Assembly (NCBI RefSeq): GCF_006345805.1
Contig: NC_043007.1
Location: forward strand, 15,128,001 to 15,192,000
Length of the DNA stretch: 64,000 bases
Reading direction: 5' to 3'
Source of the DNA: Octopus sinensis
Taxonomy: Eukaryota
Position 1 is the stretch's first letter. Every line of letters starts with the position of its first letter. The notes beneath the pieces are model-generated. The model ran no database searches. It was not told the DNA's origin and saw nothing but the letters and a program-made list of their open reading frames with translations. This document shows, piece by piece, positions 13,105-28,200 of this stretch. Made by a program: the position numbers and the translations under genes.

Positions 13105-13638
13105 GTTGTGCGTGTGTACTTTTGTGTATGTATATTCGTATAACAATGTTAATCATTCATCTTGTTTTATTGGCATATTTGAATGTGAAGATAAACATAT
13201 ACATGATAGATTTCGTCTATCTTCATCGAGCAACACATATACATACACTGAAACAAACACACACACACGATTACGCATACACACATACACTCGCATACCT
13301 CTCCCCCCACCACAAATAAATCATTGAAAACTAGTCAGACAATCTTGTCCTAGTTACGGAGAAGGAAACATCTGGTATAACCACATTATCTACTTTTAAG
13401 CCCGAAGCTGGAATTGCGTGTTTACTAAAAACACATACCCAATAAGTCTGTCTGATATCTCTGTTTATTCAAATGAGAACGCCATGCACTGCTTCTATTA
13501 ATTACTTAATTAATTGATACATGTTGGCAACACGTGCACTATTATGCAAATTAGAGCAGACTAATTGAATTCCGGCCGGGTTTGTGTATAGCGTCAATAG
13601 TGATGTTCCAGTGCTTTGTTTTTGGTAAAAAATGAGTA

Positions 13639-13691
13639 ATTGACATCTGATGAGGTGGTAAAGGATAGTGAAACCAGTTAGGGTAGTCAAT
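13639..13691 (+). ncRNA. Degenerate hammerhead
   Basis: AUUGAC..CUGAUGA..GAAACC(AGUUAG)GGUA-GUCAAU; stem II eroded. Confidence 0.45.
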
Positions 13692-13848
13692 CTTTGACAC
13701 TTTTTGTCTGGCCACAGAGTGAAAAAACATGCAGTTTAACCGCACAAACTCATACACTGCATCTATTTTTTTACAGTGTAGTTAAAAATGTGTGTTTATT
13801 GAGAAAACATGCCAGTATATCTGCTTGTGCCATTTTCTGTCTGCATGT

Positions 13849-13913
<65 letters not shown>

Positions 13914-14067
13914 ATATATATAGATATATATATATATATATAGTTATATATATATAGATATATATATATATATGTATACATATAGTATGTGGTATAAATG
14001 TGACCACATGTGTACCGTGGCGATTTCTTTTCCTCTGTCTTCCCTTCTTGGATCTTTCCTTCTCCTA

Positions 14068-14103
14068 TGTTCCGACGAAGAGGTCCGCTCGAAACGTTAA
14101 ACC
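14068..14103 (+). ncRNA. Penelope-type minimal hammerhead
   Basis: GUU-CCGACGA-A-GAG(GUCCG)CUC-GAA-ACGU-U-AAAC, in a ~220-bp element between (TA)n tracts. Confidence 0.55.
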
Positions 14104-14210
14104 GCCCTTTTCCTTCTTCCTGAGGTCCAATAACTACTATTTGATTTGTGTTCTTTTGTTCTCCACGTCCTCGCGTTGTTGTGTTCTTTTGGGCTATATG
14201 TATGGATTAA

Positions 14211-14254
<44 letters not shown>

Positions 14255-14426
14255 CTATATATAGATATATATATATATGTGTATACATATATATCATATT
14301 CTTCTCCGATCACTGTCTCTATTATATGTGTATGTGAATGAATGTGTGTATGAGTGTTATGAGTGTGTGTGTGTCTGTGTGCATGTGTATGTGTGTGTGT
14401 GTCTATGTGTGTGTGTGTCTATGTGT

Positions 14427-14458
<32 letters not shown>

Positions 14459-15442
14459 CTTGCGCGCATTTACGTGAAAGTTCTAGCTGGGTAAGTCGGT
14501 TGAAAATTGCCATTCGTAATGTAATTTCAATTTAATTGAAAACACAAAATGCACTTTGTTTCACTCCCTCGATGCTTAATTAAAGATTAAACGCAATAGA
14601 AATGAACAGCTCGTACTGCTCGGCATGAAATGCAAGCGATCCTGAACATGCAACGAATGATGGTTCACACGATGCGCTGGTGAATAGGTGCGTAAAGAAA
14701 TAAATAATACATAAATGCAGGAAAGCATGTTTGGCGGATGGTCAACCCTTATCGGAAGTATTCATATCCAGAACATCTTGTCTTTTAGCAGGTATGTGAA
14801 ATGGCGAATTGGGGAAAAATCATGAGTAACGGCTGAAAAGTTATGAAGTATACGTTGCTGCTTATTGTAGCTTGGTTCCGAATGGCGTCGAGGTCAAGTT
14901 TACCATTCAACCTTCCCGTGGGGGTCAATAGGCAATTCACCAGTATCGGGCAGTGAACTGGACATCGGGAATCATTAGAAACTCGGAGGCGTTTGAATTC
15001 CACCGTGACATGCCTGAGGGATAAGCTTAATCCTTCGCTCGATTTAATCCCACCGCCTGATTCCCTGTGTCTGAGAGTGCATGTGTGTATGTGTGTGTGT
15101 GTGTCTCCTCTCTCTCTCTCTCTCTATATATATATCTATATATATATATATATTATATATATATATATATATTATATATTAATACACTACATTACTATAT
15201 ATATATATATGATATTAATGGGCGGTGAGCTGGCAGAATCGTTAGCACGCCGAGCGGAAAGCTCAGCGGTATTTCGTCTGCGTTACGTTGTGAGTTCAAA
15301 TTCCGCCGAGGTCGACTTTGCCTTCATCCTTCGGGGTCGATTAAATAAGTACCAGTTGCGCACTGGGGTAGATATATCGACTTAATCCCTTTGTCTGTCC
15401 TTGTTTGTCTCCTCTATGTTAGCTGTGGGCAATAAAGAAATA

Positions 15443-15482
<40 letters not shown>

Positions 15483-15508
15483 TATATAAATATATATACA
15501 TACCATAC

Positions 15509-15550
<42 letters not shown>

Positions 15551-15777
15551 CATATATATATATACATACGATACATACATACATACATTACATACATACA
15601 TACATACATATATTAAAATACATTGACATACATACATACATACATACATACATACATACATACATACACCATAGATATATATATATAATATATATATGCA
15701 CCATATATTGGTAGACACAGACACACACAGATATATATGATATATATATATTAGTATATATATATATATATAATATA

Positions 15778-16626
15778 CAGGGTCCGATGGGTACATTGTC
15801 ATTTTATATTGTTCGTTTTTGAGTTTGTCGACTACACAGTATAGTAGGGTTAGTTGGGCACTGTCTGTGAGAAAAACAGCACCATGTCGCAATTCCCTCT
15901 GCCAGAAATTTGGAAACGTCATGCTGTATCGCTTGGCATTCGCGTCGGAAACTAGAAGATGAACATTTCAGAGTGTCTGGGTGTCAATCTGGGACACGTA
16001 CCGAGAGTGATAAAAATGAAACATTCAGTTAACATCATGGTGTTTGGAGTGATCACGAGTGACGCCGACGTTAAGCCTCTATCCATCTTGCTACACGGCC
16101 TCAGACTGAACCCGGAGGCCTACATCAAGTGCCTGGTGGAGCTAGTGCTGCCCTAGATCAAGAGGGTGGCTGTTGGTAGACACTATGTCTGGCAAGAGGA
16201 TTCTGCAACATGCCACACAAGCTGGAGAACCCAGTCATGGCTGTCAGAGAATTTCTGCGACCACATCACCTCAAAATCTAGTCACCTATGTCCCCAAACT
16301 GTAACCCCCATGATTATTATGTGTGGGGTGCAGCTGAGCGAGAGACCAACAAAACTCCTTGTAACACCAAAGATGAATTGAAGGCAAGGATTATGGCAGC
16401 TTTCACCAAATTAAACAACGAAACCGTCTAGAAGAAGAGTTGCAGGAGATTCCGAAATCGTCTGGAGGCCGTGGTTGAAGCCAATGACGATTTTATTGAA
16501 TAAATTTACTCTTTAGAATTTCAAGATTTTTAAATGTAATTTTGGTAAATATATCTCTTAAAATAAGATTTCAGTGTTATTTTTATTTTTGTGTAATTTA
16601 GACTATAGTTTATTCACTGCACCATG
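15778..16626 (+). mobile_element. Degenerate Tc1/mariner-superfamily transposon
   Basis: TA-CAGGGT...ACCATG-TA ends; transposase remnant KHSVNIMVFGVITSD..YIKCL..VLP*I..VWQEDSATCH. Confidence 0.75.
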
Positions 16627-16773
16627 TATATACATACATTACATACATGCATACATACATACATACATACATACATACATGCATACATACATACATACAT
16701 ACATATATTATATATATATATATCTATATATACACACCTATATATACACATATGTGTATGTTTATACACACAC

Positions 16774-16804
<31 letters not shown>

Positions 16805-18156
16805 ATATATATTATATGACACTATCTACTGCGGTGTACGTGTTTGCGTATGGCGAACATATGTGTATTTGTTGTATGGTGTGTTGTCGAATAGTGATGT
16901 AATGTGATGTGGTGCGGTGCGTTTCTAGCAAGTCATGTGTGTATACGATGTGTGTATACGTGTGTGCATGTTTGTTTCTTTGTATGTGTGTGTGTGTGTG
17001 TGGCTACTCCAATACCAATGTTGTTTTTCCGATCAAGAATCTTTTAATAGAAGTTGACAATCTCGAAGACAGTAAGTATTTGAAACACAAGAGGTATTCT
17101 TCCTGTTTCTCCTGTCTACGACTCACGAATTTACACCCCACTCTCAACCTCTCCGTGTTCATATCCTCTTCTCCACGTCATGTTATAGAGGATATCAAGA
17201 TTAAGATATCCGGACTTCAATCTTTTATAACAATTGATAACGAGACAACAAACGAACCTCTTTTTTGTTGCTTACCTATTAGAAATAACAGTCAATTTTC
17301 CCTCGGAACGTTTCATTCTCGTTAAAAGAACACGTTTTATAATGACCCAATGCTACTTTTATTTATCAGTCAATGGACGATAGCCATGACGCCTGGATAC
17401 TCTTCAGGGATTTTAGTTTGTTCTGTTGCGCTTCATTCTCTTCAGGCCACTACACATTTTATCTTTTATATCACTAGACTGCGGTCATGCTGGGGCATCG
17501 TCTTGAAGGTTTAGTCGAACAATTCGACTTCAATATTTAATAAAAAAAATCTAGCACTTATTTTATCCCTTTGCCATTTTATCGAACCGCTTTATTACGG
17601 GGAGGTAAACAAAGCAAAACCGATTGTCAAAACAGTGGGGGCAGGATCAAACGCAGAGATAAAGATTCACACACACATACATACACGCACACAGACAAAG
17701 TGCTTCGGTACAGTTTCTGTTCACTAAATTCTGTCTGAACGCATTGGTCACCTCGGGCTATAGTAAGTGTCTGTACTATAGACACTCGCTCAAGGTGCTG
17801 CGGAGTGAAACTGAACCTGAAACTAAGAGGTTGCAAAGCCGAGTTCCTTGACTACACAGCAATGTCTGTGCTTTATACGATGACCAAGTTTACACTTTTA
17901 GACACATTACAGGTAGTACACTGGTAACACACAGGTATATTTAGATATACGTAGTCGCAGGCATAGCCATTTGCCTAAGGTGTGTGTTATGTGACCACAC
18001 GGATCCGGGTTCCAATTCAATACCCAGCAACTTGGGCAAGTGTCAACTACTTTCGCTTTACATTCAGCAGTATTGCTGAGAGAAATTTGATTGACGACAG
18101 CCAATGTACAGAATACGTATATATATATATATATGATATATGTATATGTATAGGAA

Positions 18157-18188
<32 letters not shown>

Positions 18189-18289
18189 TATTTGGAGATG
18201 GTCATGTTTTCAGTTTAGCCAGTAAAAACACACGCACTATATATTTGGTGTTCATTTGCTTCAGGTTTATTTTATATTAATCGTATTTC

Positions 18290-18333
18290 GGCCAAAGTTG
18301 TTTCGTCACACTTCTCTGACCTCATCAGTGGCC
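18290..18333 (-). ncRNA. Hammerhead ribozyme fold
   Basis: GGCCA-CUGAUGA-G-GUCA(GAGAAGUG)UGAC-GAAACAACUU-UGGCC; canonical core, weak stem III. Confidence 0.6.
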
Positions 18334-19609
18334 TTTGCCTTCTTTCTTTTTTGTCTGCCTTTCTTTACTAATAATGATCAGCCATTTTGTATTCCTATTC
18401 TATGTGTCTTTATTTGCACATGCATATCTGCATGCATATCTGCATGCATATCTGCATACATGTGTGTGTCTATGTTTAGTAAGTGTGTGTGGCTGTAGAT
18501 AACAGTTTTAATATTAGCGAACATTTATAAGCTTAAGTTTAAAGCTTATAATTATTATTCACAGAATGTTCACTCGTAACCATTAATTTAACTTATTTTA
18601 ATTTAACTTAATTTAACTCAGAACTAAATTTAACTTAATTTAACTCAGAACACCCTCCCATACACACACACAGCGAAGTATTAAGGATACGACAGTTGCC
18701 AGTAGAGACGAAACGGTTGTACTTCTTTAAGGAAACAACGCACCATTTAATCCAGGAATCGAACCCGAGACTTTACGACCTTCAACCCAAGACATACACG
18801 CACAACACACACACATACATAAATACACACACTACAGAACCGACTACCTTCTCTATGAGACGTATGAATGTTTGTTTATGCTTAAGTTTTCTTTTGAAAT
18901 TATACGAAACGTAAAAAATCACAAACGTACATAAAACTGTCTGAAATAGAAATTTATGAAATACATAACCACATTTTACGAGCCCTAACTTTATATCACA
19001 CTACTTGTCAAATGCATCCTTTGTGAAACCGCTTAGAAATGGCAGAAGAGCAGAGAAATAAGCAGTTCATATTTTAAAATTTCTATAACATTATTTTATG
19101 TATCTGAAAATTTAATACATATTTCAGGATTTCTAGACATTTTTGCTTTTAAATACGATAAGAGAAGAAAGATTCACAAACAGAATTATCAATTTAGACA
19201 ACTTATGCCTTGCTTGCCCTTCATTCGCGGGTTCTGTAAATATACATTGCGAAGACATTAAAACCGCCAATATATTTACTGCCATGTCAGCGTCTATCAA
19301 CGAAACCAGCAATAAATCAATGTCAATATTGACCGCTAGGCGAAGTTTCTTCGATAAATATTTTCACAACGGTCTTTGAAGAGCAAGATATTGCAATAAT
19401 GTTTGTCTGGCCAGAACTCGTTCGACGGCTTTTTTTTGGCTCCTTCACGTCAAGTCCTTCCTTATACTTGTCTGTTTTTCATTTAATACTGTTTTTTTCT
19501 TCACATCTCTCTTCATTCACTCATTTATCGTCATCTTGCTGTCCATGGTTGCCACTGTCGTTGCAATCGTCGTTGTCGTCGTAGTCGTTGTGTATGTATG
19601 TATGTATGT

Positions 19610-20060
19610 CATTATACAGTTTATTTCAATATTTCTTGCCAATAGAGAAAGAACCGGTTTCTAACCTAGACCCAAGTTTCCTTCATTGGAATTTCAACGT
19701 CAACAACAGGGTACTTTTGTTTGTTTGTATGTATGTGCAGATTTGTATGTTTTATGTATGTATTTTCATGCATATAGCTACATATCTAGATATGCTCATA
19801 TATATTTAAATGATAAACTTCTGGAAAGTTTTACAGATTTTTACAGTTCCAGTGATGGATTGGATCTGTAATCTTCGATTTAGCTTTCTCCTTTCTGGTT
19901 TTGAGATGCCTAAGTTCTCAAGACTGGTATTTTGGTATTTAGGCAGTGTGTTACACATCCCAGGACTCCAATAATTACAGGTACAAACCTGAACTTGTAA
20001 TCTGGATAGAGTAACTGTAGATTTCTCAATAGTTCAGCATAGGTGTTCTCTTTTTCACTG
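19610..20060 (-). mobile_element. RLE non-LTR retrotransposon 3' fragment(s) in a (CATA)n tract
   Basis: EKENTYAELLRNLQLLYPDYKFRFVPVIIGVLG, homologous to 6252-6449; a related piece lies at 58255-58360. Confidence 0.75.
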
Positions 20061-20389
20061 ATGTATGTATGTATGTATGTATGTATGTATGTATGTATGT
20101 ATGTATGTATGTATGTATGTATGTATGTATGCATGTATGTATGCATGTATGTATGTGTATGTATGTATGTGTGTATGTATGTATGTATGTATGTATGTAT
20201 GTATGTATGTATGTATGTATGTATGTATGTATGTATGTATGTATGTATGTATGTATGTATGTATGTATATATATATATATATTGCTGTGTGTGTGTGTGT
20301 GTATATATATATGGGACGCCAGGATAGATCGTTAGCTCATACACGTATTTTTTTCTCTCCTTGTTTCTCTCCTTGTTTTTTTCTGTGTA

Positions 20390-20428
20390 TCTTTCTGTCG
20401 AAGAGCGTAGGCTCGAAACGTAATAGAC
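20390..20428 (+). ncRNA. Penelope-type minimal hammerhead (family also at 6879-6917 -, 40512-40552 -, 53631-53669 +)
   Basis: UCUUU-CUGUCGA-A-GAGC(GUAG)GCUC-GAA-ACGU-A; four related ~200-bp elements, each abutting a microsatellite; A6>U in this family. Confidence 0.5.
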
Positions 20429-20523
20429 TTTTTCTATTTCTATTCCTGAGCGCTATACTAATACATTTGTTTGTTTGTATTCCACCTGCCTTCGTCTTTT
20501 GTTTATTTTCGTAAACTTTCCCG

Positions 20524-20565
<42 letters not shown>

Positions 20566-21462
20566 GCACACACTGAGTATCCTTCGAATATCGCGGGTGT
20601 TACGTCCCGTTGTGTGTGTTTATTGAGCGAAAACACCTAAAGCTCCACGAGGCTCCGACAGCGGGTGGTGGCGACCCCTGTTGTACTCTTTCGCTCCAAC
20701 TTTCTCTCACTCTTTCTTCCCGTTTCTTGTCCCCGACTTTCTACGCAACCGCTGAGCCTGGATGCGCATCCATCCGTGCTCTCGGTGTCGGGGGTTGACC
20801 TGCTTTCTCTTCTGCGGGTCTTACGAATAGCAAAGGACCACGTTTCGGACTTCTTCTACTGAATGAAGACCGCTATGCTCAACGGTAACAGCAACAACAT
20901 TAACAATAAAAACAACAACAACAGCAGCAGCAACAACAACAACACTATAATGAAAGAATTGCTTCACATTTTAGCACTAGGGCAGCAATTTTAAGTGGAG
21001 AAGGTAGTCGATTACATCGATCCTAGTTCTTGGTTGGCACTTTACTTTATCGTACTCGAAAGGATGAAAGGCAAAGTTGACCTCCGTGAAATTTAAACTG
21101 AGGACATAACGAACCAGAAGACATACCGGGAAGCAACGATTCAGTCATTTCAAATTGAAGGATAAACGAATATGATTAACAGAAAAAAAAGCCAAATATT
21201 TTTTTCAATTATTTTTATTATTTCTTTTTCCAAGAGTCATGTAAGAAAGTTACAAAAATTAATTTTGATGAATGAAATGTGTTGAGTACTGAACCTATCA
21301 AACCCAGTTGTGCAATTTATATATTTCTTGTTTATTTTATATCATATAATATTTATCTAGTTTATCATCATTATCATTGTTAGTGTTATCAAACGTAATA
21401 TCATACACCCGTTGTCCTTGTAGCACATAAAATTACTACAAAAAACCGATTGTTTATTATTA

Positions 21463-21504
<42 letters not shown>

Positions 21505-22223
21505 TATTATTGTATTGTTATTTTATTTCTGCTGTTCCATTTCTTTTTTTAAAGATATCTAACAAATGAAGAATTCATATATATAGATATATATATATAT
21601 AATATATATATATGTATACCGTTAAGTATCTTTAAAGCATCAATTTTAATTCCAAGGTGCGTGTTATATTCAACAATTAAACCAAAAACTTTCAATTTTT
21701 TTCTTTTTATTAGAGTTAATAAAACACGTCGAAAACAGACGACGTAGAAATAAAAAGAAAAAAACACCTGTTTCTTTTTAATGAACTCAGATAAATAAAC
21801 ATTTAGACAAATTAACAACAATAGTAATATCTTATTCGGTAACACTTCAAATTAGAATTATCATTATTTTTATACTTGTTATTGAAATTAAAGATTGCGT
21901 AATTTATTTTCCTTCTCATTAATTATTTTGTGCATGGAAAAAAAGACAAAAAAAAAAAAGAAGTAAGAAATGTGAAATTCAAAAGAACAGTATGAATTCT
22001 TCTATTTTGATACGAAGTTGTTGATAACGTCCTTTAAATTTTGTCCTTAAAGAACTTCATGTCATTTCGGAGTTGGTACATTTTTTTGCCAAGTGAGTTG
22101 ATTTGCTTTTTTTTTCTTCATTTTTTTCACTTTTCGTACTTGTCTATTTAAAATGGAGTTCAGTATTCTTTTTGTATATTTTTTTCTTCTGTTGGTAATG
22201 TCTGGACACTAATACTTCCAAAT

Positions 22224-22252
22224 TTAATGTGCTGTCATCATCTTGACGAATT
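22224..22252 (-). CDS. CaM-like: Calmodulin-like terminal coding exon (EFVKMMTAH-stop), 29 nt
   Basis: ccgcAG|AATTCGTCAAGATGATGACAGCACATTAA; followed by about 1 kb of AT-rich non-repetitive sequence consistent with a 3' UTR. Confidence 0.9.
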
Positions 22253-22384
22253 CTGCGGATTCAGATATAATTAGGCCAATTAATATGTTGATTGATTATT
22301 TAATTAGTAACACGAGTTAATATAGGAAACATTTAACAAAAGACGTGACGAAAATATATACGAATATACGTTTGCGTGTATGTG

Positions 22385-22425
<41 letters not shown>

Positions 22426-22802
22426 TAGCAGTATCGCCCGGCGTTGCTCAGGTTTGTAAGGGAAATAACTATAAAGCATTTTTAGAGAGTTATAGCCAAA
22501 AAATAGAAAAAAAATGGGAAAAAAATGATGGTAAATTTTTTTTGAGAGTTAAAAAAGGTGGAGTTGCGTCCCCTAGACGGTCTGTGGTTTGGGGTTCTGA
22601 TCTCGACCCCATGTCGAATTTATCGATTTTTTTCAGAACTGGGGGAACTTTTCAAAATTTTCGCTGCGTTAGTTTTGAATTATGACATTGGGCTATGTGT
22701 GTGTCAAGTTTCATCAGAATCGGTTGAAAGCCGTGGTCAGGGTGAGGGTACGAGAAAACAGACACACAGAAAACGCACAGACAAACTGCCGTTTATATAT
22801 AT

Positions 22803-22847
<45 letters not shown>

Positions 22848-23045
22848 TATATATAGCATATATATGTATAACTATATATATACATACATATACATATATA
22901 TGTGTGTGTCGTGTGGGCATATAAGTATATATATATATGATACCGTTACCGACAGGCTATCAGATGTTGCTACACATCGCTGGTCACAATGCACTTCGCA
23001 TTGTTTTAGACTTCAAATGACGCCACCCGCTGGCTAAGCGAGCAG

Positions 23046-23105
<60 letters not shown>

Positions 23106-23363
23106 TGATAAAACAGTAAGATAACAAAAGAAAGAAAGAGACCGCAATATTATGTAAATAGAGGAAATTTATCTATACAATATGTTACATTACTCGGTAG
23201 TCAAGATAAAAATCTGAGTTTCAGATGCCGAAGTGGAAATCCACAACACCATCTCTTCGGTTCTGGGTATTTCTAGCCAGATAACCGAAGAGATGGTGTT
23301 GTGGATTTCCACTTCGGCATCTGAAACTCAGATTTTTATGTTGACTACCGAGTAATGTAACAT

Positions 23364-23405
<42 letters not shown>

Positions 23406-24396
23406 TATATATAGATATATATATATATATACATACATATATATATATATATATTAATTTCGTGTTTTGCACAGAAGTAATACTAAAATTTCGGCTTGAG
23501 CGAAATACAACAAACCATTCTAAGCCTTTGTGAGAGTATCCACGTAGATAAAATCATAACCGAAGTCGTATAATTTGAAGAAAATAATTGTGACGATTGC
23601 AATAAGTTAAACCAAATAGTGATATTTTGAAAGCATTTAATGTGTGCGTTTTGGATCTGCGTAATATATGGTAGGAAATGCATCTCGTTACGCAAGGATC
23701 TTCTTCAGTTAATACATTTCATAATATACGTAGGCCCGTGCATTTTCTATCATATATTACGCAGGCCTGAAAGGTGCGTAATAAATGCTTTCAAAATATC
23801 CTTATTTGGTGTGTGGCTTCATTACAAAAAAACAACAAAAATGTATGAATATGCTGATACCCACCTTTGGTCATGACTGACAATGGGATTGCACCTAGAA
23901 AGTTACCCTCCCAGGCACAAGTCCGGGCAAGGTTGTTTATGGAAGACTAGCAGTCGCTCATGGATACCGGCCGCCCCTCTCCACGCTACTAATGTTATCC
24001 AGGGGAAAGGTAAGGGTCGATACATCTTGGCACCTGTGACGTCGCAACTCATTTCTACAGCTGAGTGAACTGGAACAACGTGAAATAAAGTGCCTTACTC
24101 AAGAACACAACACGCGACCCGGTCCGGGATCCGAACTTACAACCTCAGGATCGTAAGCTCGACGCTCTAACCACTGAGCCATGCACTTTCACATACGCAA
24201 ACACACAGACAGATATATACGTAAATGTGTGTGAAAGCGCCTGGCTTAGTGGTTATGGCATTCCGCTCACGGCCGTAAGTTCAATTCTCGGCGACGCGTT
24301 GTCTCTTTTGAGCAAGACGCTTTATATCGCGTTGCTCCAGTCCACTCAGCTGGCAAGAATGAGTAGTACTTGTATTCAAAGGACCAGCTGTCTTGT

Positions 24397-24453
<57 letters not shown>

Positions 24454-24995
24454 CACAAACACATAATCATATCATCTTTGGTTTTAGCCTGTTGTTACCA
24501 TGTAATTATCACGTTACCAAGCGAAGGTTGTGAAGGCTAAGACAACCGAAATATTAGATAACTTTGTTAAATAGCATACAATATAAGTAAAGCACGCTGC
24601 AGCTGATGCCCTCAGCTGGTTTCGTAGTCCCGTTTGTAAACTAATAAACCTATCAGCGTTGCTCATCAGTTTAAAGATGCATGAGTTTCCAATAATCCCA
24701 TTTAAGTATTTCATTACGAAGCTATGGCGTATGTAAAGTAATCATTGTCATCTTGCTTCTAATTTTCATCTTTCTACGAATGTGTCGGGGCTATTTCACA
24801 TTGAGAGTAGCAACAACGATTGTTATTATACGTATTTCGCATTCCTTAAAATAATAATCGACACTTTCCAGCAGAATACACACACGTGGATGCACGTGCA
24901 CGCACACATACACACATACACTCACTGACACACACACGCATACACGACTATACGTATATACATATTTACATATGTGTATATATCTAGTATATCTA

Positions 24996-25084
<89 letters not shown>

Positions 25085-25201
25085 CTCTCTCTATCTCTCT
25101 ACCTATCTATCTGTCTATCTATCTATCTATCTATCTACATCTATCTATCTATCTATCTATCTATCATCTATCTATCTATCTATCTATCTATATATATTAT
25201 A

Positions 25202-25249
<48 letters not shown>

Positions 25250-28200
25250 GTATGTGTATATATATATATATATTCAAAGGGCCACCCTTGCCCCCCACAA
25301 ACATAATTCTTTATATATATATATATGTATGTCAATATGTGCATATACAGGTGTATTTTTGTTGTATACATGTATGTATACATGTATATATGAATAAACA
25401 AGAAGAATGTTAACCATTAACATACAGCTAGAATACTTTCAAATACACTTCTCAGCTGAAATATTTTGTGGTAACCACAGGAAACCATTCTGGATTTCCT
25501 TTGATGTCTTAAAGGAAAACACAACAAGCTAGATTTGGTCCGCAGACCTTACACACACGTATGTATGTATTATGTATGTGCGTATATATATATATTTACG
25601 CTGAGTCAACAATTTGTAATGATTGTCGGTGAACAGTCTCTAATTTTCTACAGCGACTTAATCGCCCATTGAACTCTTTGCTTTATGTTGTTGGTTTTCT
25701 TAAGCAACCTTAAAGCTTTGATAAAAATCTGTCTCAAGAATACTTCTCCTTGTTAGTGCTATGATTCTGTTGAACGTAGTATTCGTTCCTCATACTTGAT
25801 CGATAACAAATGATAAAAATCTGATGATTACCTTCATAATTAACCTGTCCGTCACCATCGACGTCTGCTTCTTGTATCATCTCATCGACTTCCTCGTCTG
25901 TTAATTTCTCTCCAAGTGAAGTCATTACTTGGCGCAGCTCAGCCGAATCGATGTAACCGCTGCCGTCTTTGTCGAAAACTTTAAAGGCTTCCCGGATTTC
26001 CTCCTCACTGTCTGTGTCTTTCATTTTCTTGGCCATCATTTGCACAAATTCCTGGAAATCAATAGTACCATTACCTGCAAATAAACAAGCAAGATCTAAA
26101 GTTTTCGTCCATTTTTATCGATTGATTTATTTATTGAAAACTTCAGTCTAGGCTCTAGTTACTTTTCGTCTGGGGAAGTATTTTAGTAGATATATCGTGT
26201 TTCCAAAACCCGATTTAGTTCAAGAGTTATATTCTGAAGATTATAGTTCATCTCATGCAAATCGGTTTAGCTTTTCTCTAGAATTTTATATCAGACCTTT
26301 CTATTAAATATAAAATTATTCCCCGGAACTGATATTTTATATAAGATTATTTAGATTTACTGGTTGATATAATTTTACATTCAGTCATACAAAATTATAG
26401 ATTTGATTTCTGTAATGTCTCTTGTAGGCATAACGATATTCTAGCGAATTTCACGGCGGATGCGATTGGTATTTTAGTATAAATATGAGACTCTTTAATA
26501 AAGTCTGACGTTCTAGAATTCTGCGGACACATCTTAATAAATGAAAGTTTAATGAACGAAATAAATGATACAAGTATAAATATATTTCAGCGTAGAAGAC
26601 ATAAATATTGTTTAAATCATAGTATTATGTTACAGCAATAACGTAAATTTGCGAAATATTATTCAGCATATTCAACTAAGTCCAGTTAAACCAAATTTGT
26701 ACTTTTATCTAATATATAGAGCATTCAGAAATATGGACACGAAGATGAAGAGTAATGCTTAAAGTGCAGGGAAAATAATTTATCCAGTTTTCAGTTTATT
26801 TAAAATGAATTCGTTTGACCATGTTGGAGAAACTCATTGGTTATAGCTTACATGAACCCTTTGATCCCGTAACACTTGTTTACTGGTGGATGGCTTATTT
26901 TTCTCTATACCGTAGCTCCAGTGGAGTACCAGGTATATGGTAAAATAAGGTTTTGACATTATTACACTTCGGTCAATGCACCGCCCTGGATTGTTACTAC
27001 TTTTGTTTTTAACGACCGCAACATGACGGAAGGTAATGTGGATCTCAGCTTTATATTATCTCAGAGTGCAGAAATTTGGTACAATAACCACGAGGTATTC
27101 TATCCTTCCTACTATAAGTACAAGGCCTGAAATTAGCAGGAAGTGGATAAGGCGATAACAGCGAACCCAGTGCGTAACTGGTATTTATTTAATCGACCCC
27201 GAAAAGATAAAAGGCAAAGTCAACCTCGGAGGAGTTTGAACACAGAACGCAGCTGCAGACGAAATACTTATTTGTTTACTACCCATAAGGGGCAAAATAT
27301 AGAGAGGAAAATAAGGACAGACAAACGGATTAAGTGGATTATATCGACCCCAGTGCGTAACTGGTACTTATTTAATCGACCCTGAAAGGATGAAAGGCAA
27401 AGTCGATCTCGGCGGAATTTGAACCCAGAACGTAACGGCAAACAAAATACCGCCAAGCATTTCGTCCGGCGTGCTAACGATTCTGCCAGCTCACCGCCTT
27501 CACGAAGTATTCTATCCGTCGCTCTAAAGCAGTAGTTCTCAACCATATTTTGTGGACCCTTTTGGTTCCTATTTTACACTACTGGGCTTCTATAGCCATC
27601 TGCTAAATGAAACCTTACTGTATTTTTATAGTTAAGTATTAAGAATTATGTGAAAAAATTGAATTATTTTGTGTATTGCACATATGTGCATGAAATGCAG
27701 ATAAGTTTTAACAGCAAAATCGCATATGGACCCCTAAGACTCTACTAATTCGCCACTATATAATAAATTGAAGATGCAACTCATTATTTAAATATAATTT
27801 GATAGCTTAGTCAGGGAAAGTCGGGCAGCGTATATGGCTTCTTTTGCAGGATCTCCAGTATTGGGACTAGTTGGGGTAAAAGAGGAACTTATAGCTTATC
27901 CTGAGATAGGAGACAGATCCGAACGTCAGCAATGTCATAGTGTATTCCTAGAAAAGTACCTAAAGTATTAAACGAAGTGAAAAAAGAAGTCTATCACACA
28001 GGTTACAGTTATAAACCAATCCTGCGGGCTTCTGCACAATTTTCGCTTATCTAACTTCATGTTACTGAGCTGAGATCAACATGAGGTAATAATAAGAAAT
28101 ACTTTTCCAAAGTCCCAAATAGCCAAGGTACCACACGAGGTACACTAAATTCCAAACGACGTGATTGTGAAGCGAAATTGTTAAGCATGGAACATTGGGA

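Noticed and set aside
19640-19700. Hammerhead-like CCAAUGA..GAAACCGGUU in the RLE-LINE 3' UTR (also near 6505 and 63600)
   Set aside because: The invariant G5 is missing and stem II is not convincing, so it was not counted as a ribozyme.
25734-26045. Stand-alone 103-aa two-EF-hand ORF
   Set aside because: It is an internal exon read through into the intron; the splice sites join it to the other calmodulin-like exons.
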